This document shows, in pieces, positions 59,473-64,000 of a stretch of 64,000 bases of DNA. Under the pieces are notes generated by a model, which was not told where the DNA came from, searched no databases, and worked only from the letters and a program-made list of their open reading frames with translations. The stretch's first letter is position 1; each line of letters opens with the position of its first letter. The position numbers and the translations under genes were made by a program. The stretch is from positions 7,867 to 71,866 of the forward strand of contig CAZSFA010000001.1 of assembly GCA_964606055.1 (NCBI GenBank), written 5' to 3'. The DNA comes from an uncultured Oceaniradius sp. (lineage in GTDB: Bacteria; Pseudomonadota; Alphaproteobacteria; Rhizobiales; Rhizobiaceae).

Positions 59473-60717
59473 TCACGCCGATTGCGTGATCAGCCTTTCC
59501 AGAAGGCCGGGCGCATCCCAATGGGGCATATGGCCCGTGCGTATCATATGCGAGGCAACACGCGGCGGCATGTTGAAGACATGCTCCTTGGACACGATGC
59601 GATCGGCCGTGCCGAAAATGGCTGTCACGGGCATGATGTCGGCCAGTTCCGCCGCCACGCTGATCGTGTCGATGCACTGGGTGTCGCCGCGCGCCATCGA
59701 CCCGGCCAAGGCGCCCAGCCGCCCGCCGGCGAGTTCCTGCGCCATCGACCGTACGGCATCATCGGGCAGTTGCGACGCCTTGGGCCCCAACAGGCGGAGC
59801 AGATGGCGCAGTTCTCCCGCACTCCGCGCGGCCGCGATGGCCTGCACGAAGGTTCCATTGATGTCATGTCCGCAGCCGACTGGCGCAACGAGCGTGATCC
59901 GGCCGACCCTTCCTGTCTCCCTGCGAGCGGCCATGGCCGCAACGTGTGCCCCCAACGAATGGCCGACCAGATGCACCGGGGCAGGCAACCCGGACAGCGA
60001 TTGGCCGAGCCATTCGATCAGATCGTCGACGCCCGATGCTTCGGTCGCGTTGCGGCCATGGCCGGGAAGGTCGGGAGCGCTGGTCTCAAGCCCGCCCTTT
60101 TGCAGGCTGGCGCGCACGACCTCCCAGTTGGAGCCAAGCCCGGCAAGCCCATGGATGAAGAAGACGGGCAAATCCGTGGCGGGACCGTGTCGGCCGCCAA
60201 CCGCCGGCGCAAGGCGCGCGCCACCGCGACTGGCGTGTGCCTCAACGTCCCGCGCCTCGATCCGGCCACGCCGGCCGGAGCCGGCAAGCAGCGACAGGTC
60301 GACATTGGCCCGCCGCGCCAATCGTCGCGCCAGCGGCGTCGCGCGGATCGCAGTCGAGGTGTCGCGCTGCGGTACCTGATGCTGAACGGACGCCGGCTCC
60401 GGTGCCGGCGCGGCGGCGGGCACGCGTGCGGGGTCGGCGCGTTCTGGAGCAACGCCCTCCCAGGCGTCTTCGGTTCCGATGACCGCGATCGGCGCGCCCA
60501 CCTCGACCACATCGCCGGGGCCGACCAGTGTCTCCAGCAGCCGGCCCGATCCCAGTGCCGGATACTCGACAAGCGTCTTGTCGGATTCAAGTTCGAGCAA
60601 CGGATCGCCACGCTTGAAGTCGGATCCGGGTTCGACCATCCAGTTGGCGATCGTGCCCCGCTCCATGGTTTCGCCCAGCCGCGGCATGGGCAGCGTGATC
60701 GGGCTCAGCGTTGTCAT
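59473..60717 (-). CDS. AcoC-like lipoyl domain + E3-binding domain + alpha/beta hydrolase
   Basis: LESDKT lipoyl Lys, RATPLARRLA..GSGRRGRI, IHG, GHSLG; no E2 acyltransferase catalytic domain seen. Confidence 0.85.
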   Translation of the reverse strand: MTTLSPITLPMPRLGETMERGTIANWMVEPGSDFKRGDPLLELESDKTLVEYPALGSGRLLETLVGPGDVVEVGAPIAVIGTEDAWEGVAPERADPARVPAAAPAPEPASVQHQVPQRDTSTAIRATPLARRLARRANVDLSLLAGSGRRGRIEARDVEAHASRGGARLAPAVGGRHGPATDLPVFFIHGLAGLGSNWEVVRASLQKGGLETSAPDLPGHGRNATEASGVDDLIEWLGQSLSGLPAPVHLVGHSLGAHVAAMAARRETGRVGRITLVAPVGCGHDINGTFVQAIAAARSAGELRHLLRLLGPKASQLPDDAVRSMAQELAGGRLGALAGSMARGDTQCIDTISVAAELADIMPVTAIFGTADRIVSKEHVFNMPPRVASHMIRTGHMPHWDAPGLLERLITQSA

Positions 60718-61697
60718 GCCAGCATCATCCGCGCGGCATCGGCGATCAGGTCCGGGGTCGGGACCGAGTTGCTTTCCAGAAGCGGCGACACCGAGATCGG
60801 GATGTCTTCCCCCGCAATGCGCACGACCGGGTCCTCGAGGAAATCAAAGCATTCCTCGGTGATGCGGGCGGCAAGTTCGGCGGCAACGCCCGATGTCATC
60901 ACGCCCTCGGACACCACCATGGCCCTGCCGGCCCTTTCCACGAGCGGCGCGATGGCGCCGAAATCGAGCGGATTGAGCGTGCGCAGGTCGACCACCGTGG
61001 CCTCGATGCCGTGCTCTTTGGAGAGTGCGTCGGCGGCCACCATGGCATGGTGCAACTGGCGCGAATAGCTGACGATGACCAGATCATCGCCCTCACGGAC
61101 CACCGCCGCCTTGCCCCAGGGCGCGGGCGCGGCCGCCGTGTCCAGTTCGCCTTTCATCGTGTAGAGTCCCTTGTGCTCGATGAACACGACCGGGTCCGGC
61201 TGCCGCATCGCCTGACGCAACAAATGGTAGGCGTCGGCGACGGTTGCCGGCATCGCAAGGCGCAGGCCCGGCGTGTGCATCACGAACGCTTCAAGGCTTT
61301 GACTGTGCTGGGCGCCGGCCGAACGTCCGGTGCCGCCCTGCGTACGCAGGACCATCGGCACGCCGATCTGCCCGCCAAACATGTAGCGTATCTTGGCGGC
61401 CTGGTTGGCAAGCTGATCCATCGTCATGCCGATGAAGTCGACATACATCAGTTCGGCGACCGGGCGCAGGCCGGTCATGGCCGCACCCACCGCCGTTCCG
61501 ACAATGGCCGCCTCCGAGATCGGCGTATCGATCACCCGCTCGGCGCCGAACTCCTCCATCAAACCCTTCGTCACGCCATAGGCCCCGCCGTAGCGGCCCA
61601 CCTCCTCGCCAAGCATGATGATGTCCTCGTCCTCACGCATGGCCTCGCCCAGGACCAGCCGCAGCGCGTCGCGATAGGTGGTTTCAATCAACGCCAT
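60714..61697 (-). CDS. ThDP-dependent dehydrogenase E1 beta subunit (AcoB/PdhB-like)
   Basis: GEEVG.YGG, DTPISE, NQAAK, AQHSQ, DLRTL.PLD. Confidence 0.92.
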   Translation of the reverse strand: MALIETTYRDALRLVLGEAMREDEDIIMLGEEVGRYGGAYGVTKGLMEEFGAERVIDTPISEAAIVGTAVGAAMTGLRPVAELMYVDFIGMTMDQLANQAAKIRYMFGGQIGVPMVLRTQGGTGRSAGAQHSQSLEAFVMHTPGLRLAMPATVADAYHLLRQAMRQPDPVVFIEHKGLYTMKGELDTAAAPAPWGKAAVVREGDDLVIVSYSRQLHHAMVAADALSKEHGIEATVVDLRTLNPLDFGAIAPLVERAGRAMVVSEGVMTSGVAAELAARITEECFDFLEDPVVRIAGEDIPISVSPLLESNSVPTPDLIADAARMMLA

Positions 61698-61701
61698 CGG
61701 T

Positions 61702-62739
61702 TCAGTCCCGTGCAAGCACGCGTTCAAGGCGGGCGCGCACCGGTTCGGGCGCCGGCTGCGCGGGATCGTAGACATCCCGGAACATCGTGTTCAGTTGCGG
61801 TTCCTCGCTGTCGATCGCAAACGCGATCGTGGCATCCATCTCGGCATCAATGCCCGCATCCATGGCATCGAGCGTTTCCCCGTCCATGATGCCCAGTTCG
61901 GCCAGCTTGTGCCGCGCGCGCGCCAGCGGGTCTTTCCTTCGTCCCTCCGCTTCCTCGGCATCATCGCGATAGGGCGACTTGTCCATCCGCGCATGGCCGT
62001 GGAAGCGATAGCAGTCGACCGCCAGAAACGCCGGCGTGCCGCCGCGCGCACCCGCGATCAACGCGCTTGAGACGTCCGCCACTTCCTCGACATCGATGCC
62101 GTCGACGGTTTTCGCGGCCAGTCCGAACGCGAGGGCGCGCTCATGCAGGCTGGTGTTGGCGGTCGCCTGATCGATGCGTGTGCCCATGCCGTACTGGTTG
62201 TTGATGCACACGAAGACGACCGGCAGCGCCCAAAGGGCCGCCATGTTCATGCTCTCGTATAGGATGCCCTGACCGGTGGCCCCATCACCGAAAAAGGCGA
62301 CCGAAACAGCATCCGACCGGTGGTTGCGTGCCGCCAGCCCCGCACCAACCACGGCCGGGATGCCGCCGCCGACAATGGCATTGGCCCCGAGATGGCCCAG
62401 CCCCATGTCCGCGATGTGCATCGAGCCGCCCTTGCCATGGCAATAGCCGGTTTCCTTGCCGGCGATCTCGGCCATCATCCGATTGGGATCGGCACCGCGC
62501 GCCAGAAAAATGCCGTGCCCGCGATGGTGCGTGGTGAACGTGTCGCCGTCGCGCATGTTGGCGCAAACGCCGACGGCCGCGCTCTCTTCCCCGACCGAAA
62601 GATGCAGCATCGATCCAGCCGACTGGCCGCGCACGAACAGTTCGCCCACACGCTCCTCGAAGGTGCGCACCCGGCGCATCTGGCGGTAGAGGTCAACGAG
62701 CAGCGAGTTCGTTCGCGCCACGGGGTTCCCGGCGTCCAT
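61702..62739 (-). CDS. ThDP-dependent dehydrogenase E1 alpha subunit (AcoA/PdhA-like)
   Basis: HRGHG, GKGGSMH, FFGDGA..N..NN, YRFHGH; TGATG overlap with the upstream gene. Confidence 0.92.
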   Translation of the reverse strand: MDAGNPVARTNSLLVDLYRQMRRVRTFEERVGELFVRGQSAGSMLHLSVGEESAAVGVCANMRDGDTFTTHHRGHGIFLARGADPNRMMAEIAGKETGYCHGKGGSMHIADMGLGHLGANAIVGGGIPAVVGAGLAARNHRSDAVSVAFFGDGATGQGILYESMNMAALWALPVVFVCINNQYGMGTRIDQATANTSLHERALAFGLAAKTVDGIDVEEVADVSSALIAGARGGTPAFLAVDCYRFHGHARMDKSPYRDDAEEAEGRRKDPLARARHKLAELGIMDGETLDAMDAGIDAEMDATIAFAIDSEEPQLNTMFRDVYDPAQPAPEPVRARLERVLARD

Positions 62740-63587
62740 CAGATCAATCCGTACTGTCTGGCTTTGTTTTTGAGAAATGGCAGACCGTTCTCCATCACCT
62801 CGGCTTCGCTGGAAGCGACCGGACGCCACACCGAAAGGCCGAAGGCAATCTCGGGCGGCATGTCGATGAAGCTTTCCATCGCCAGTCCGCCCTTGAAGTT
62901 GACCGCGCGCAGGGCCGTGAAGATCTCGTCCCATGCCACCGTTCCCGCGCCGGGCGTGCCACGATCGGACTCTGACAGGTGGATGTATTTGAGGTGCTCG
63001 CGCGCATCGATGATGGCTTGTGCAACGCCCTTTTCCTCGATGTTCATGTGATAGGTATCCAGATGGACGAACATGTTCTCGGCGCCGATGCGCTCGATCA
63101 TCTCGACCGCCTGCCAACCGGTGTTCAGCAGGTGCGTCTCGTACCGGTTTACCGGCTCGATGCCGAACAGCAGCCCGAGCGACCTGGCGTAGGCGGCTGT
63201 GCGGCCGAGCGCGTCCGCCACATTGTCCAGTTCGGCCTGGGTCGGCGGTTTGCCGGTCCGCTCGCCAATTCCGCCATAGACAACGCCCGACAACGCTTCG
63301 CAGCCCATCGCATCGCATTTGTCGAGCGCGGTTTTGAGGAAATCGACCGCGCCATCGGGATTGCGGGACGCCCAGACCGCTTCGGGCAATCCAAGCGAAC
63401 ACACCGCGCGCATATTGGCCGCCTCCAGCGTCGCGCGGCTGTGCTCGGCATTGACCTGCGGCGGGTTCAGAAGGGCGATCTCGAGAAAGTCCATGCCATA
63501 CGACGACGCCTTGGCGACGGCGCGCTCGCATCCGGGCTCGTCCCACGTCATGGTCCACATGCTGGTGTGGACGCCAAATCCTTCCAT
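62739..63587 (-). CDS. Ketose 3-epimerase family (D-psicose/D-tagatose/L-ribulose 3-epimerase-like)
   Basis: EPVNRYE, HLDTYHMNIEE, HLSESDRG, MESF, VWR. Confidence 0.88.
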   Translation of the reverse strand: MEGFGVHTSMWTMTWDEPGCERAVAKASSYGMDFLEIALLNPPQVNAEHSRATLEAANMRAVCSLGLPEAVWASRNPDGAVDFLKTALDKCDAMGCEALSGVVYGGIGERTGKPPTQAELDNVADALGRTAAYARSLGLLFGIEPVNRYETHLLNTGWQAVEMIERIGAENMFVHLDTYHMNIEEKGVAQAIIDAREHLKYIHLSESDRGTPGAGTVAWDEIFTALRAVNFKGGLAMESFIDMPPEIAFGLSVWRPVASSEAEVMENGLPFLKNKARQYGLI

Positions 63588-63601
63588 GTGACCCTCCTCC
63601 C

Positions 63602-64000
63602 CTAGATGCTGTCCAACAAAGCCTGCGCCAGCGCCTCATCGACCAGCAGCCGGCTGGTGAAGCCGGCGCGCAGCACCGCCAGCGTTGCCGCACATTTGCG
63701 CACGCCGCTGGTCAGGATCACCGAGTCCATCTTGCGCATGTCGCCCGGTTGCACGCAGGGCGTGCACTTGTTCAGTTCGATATCGGCGATCGACCCGTCG
63801 GTCCGATAGAACACGCCGCAACAGTCACCGACAACGTCGGCGTCCCGCAACTGCTGAAGCTGCTCCTCGCTGAACAGGTCGCTCTCGAACAGCACCGCGC
63901 CATCGCGGCATTCGCCGACACTCATCAGCGCATGATCGGCATTGCGCGCCGTCTGCATGGCCTCGCGCACCAGGCGCTGGTTCATGAACAGTTCACACGC
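63602..64000 (-). CDS. SorC-family sugar-binding regulator, C-terminal part (runs off window)
   Basis: ALMSVG, VGDCCG.FY..DG, SGVRK..A..AVL..G...LLVDE..A. Confidence 0.8.
   Translation of the reverse strand, partial: ACELFMNQRLVREAMQTARNADHALMSVGECRDGAVLFESDLFSEEQLQQLRDADVVGDCCGVFYRTDGSIADIELNKCTPCVQPGDMRKMDSVILTSGVRKCAATLAVLRAGFTSRLLVDEALAQALLDSI

Noticed and set aside
59473-62739. Housekeeping pyruvate dehydrogenase
   Set aside because: The E2-like gene has an alpha/beta-hydrolase domain rather than an acyltransferase domain, there is no lpd, and the context is a sugar operon.
61702-63693. 663-aa fusion ORF in the track (likewise the long N-termini of 2268..3584, 15892..17823 and 19775..20764)
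   Set aside because: The extensions are Arg/Pro-rich off-frame readthrough over upstream real genes; true starts have an RBS or a stop/start overlap.

Overview
A 64-kb, GC-rich, gene-dense region. The gene content and promoter style suggest an alphaproteobacterium (inference). It contains about 60 CDS, almost all catabolic enzymes, transporters and regulators. I saw no rRNA, tRNA, transposase or CRISPR array. Main blocks: (1) 0.2-5.2 kb, LacI/TetR regulators, a homocysteine S-methyltransferase family gene, a GNAT and a DHDPS-family gene. (2) 5.2-32 kb, a large amino-sugar(-acid) catabolic cluster linked by a shared TGTTA-N6-TAACA operator. It has a BNR/sialidase-like protein, NagA-like and M81 deacylases, a NanA-like lyase, SDR and Gfo/Idh/MocA pairs, PLP enzymes, an MFS-HEAT fusion and a peptide-type ABC transporter whose binding protein appears circularly permuted. 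It possibly degrades bacterial nonulosonic acids. (3) 32-44 kb, AraC/PhyH/DHDPS and IclR/M81/aminotransferase/ABC modules. (4) 44-58 kb, a putative regulon with tandem TGAC-N4-GTCA operators that joins a sugar ABC transporter, mtnK, mtnA, a RuBisCO-like protein, an atypical split transketolase and a fused aldolase/SDR. This is a candidate new methylthioribose or 5-deoxyribose catabolic route. (5) 58-64 kb, a ketose 3-epimerase, acetoin-dehydrogenase-like E1a/E1b/lipoyl-hydrolase genes and an FGGY kinase. All functional calls come from motif recognition by eye; no searches were run.
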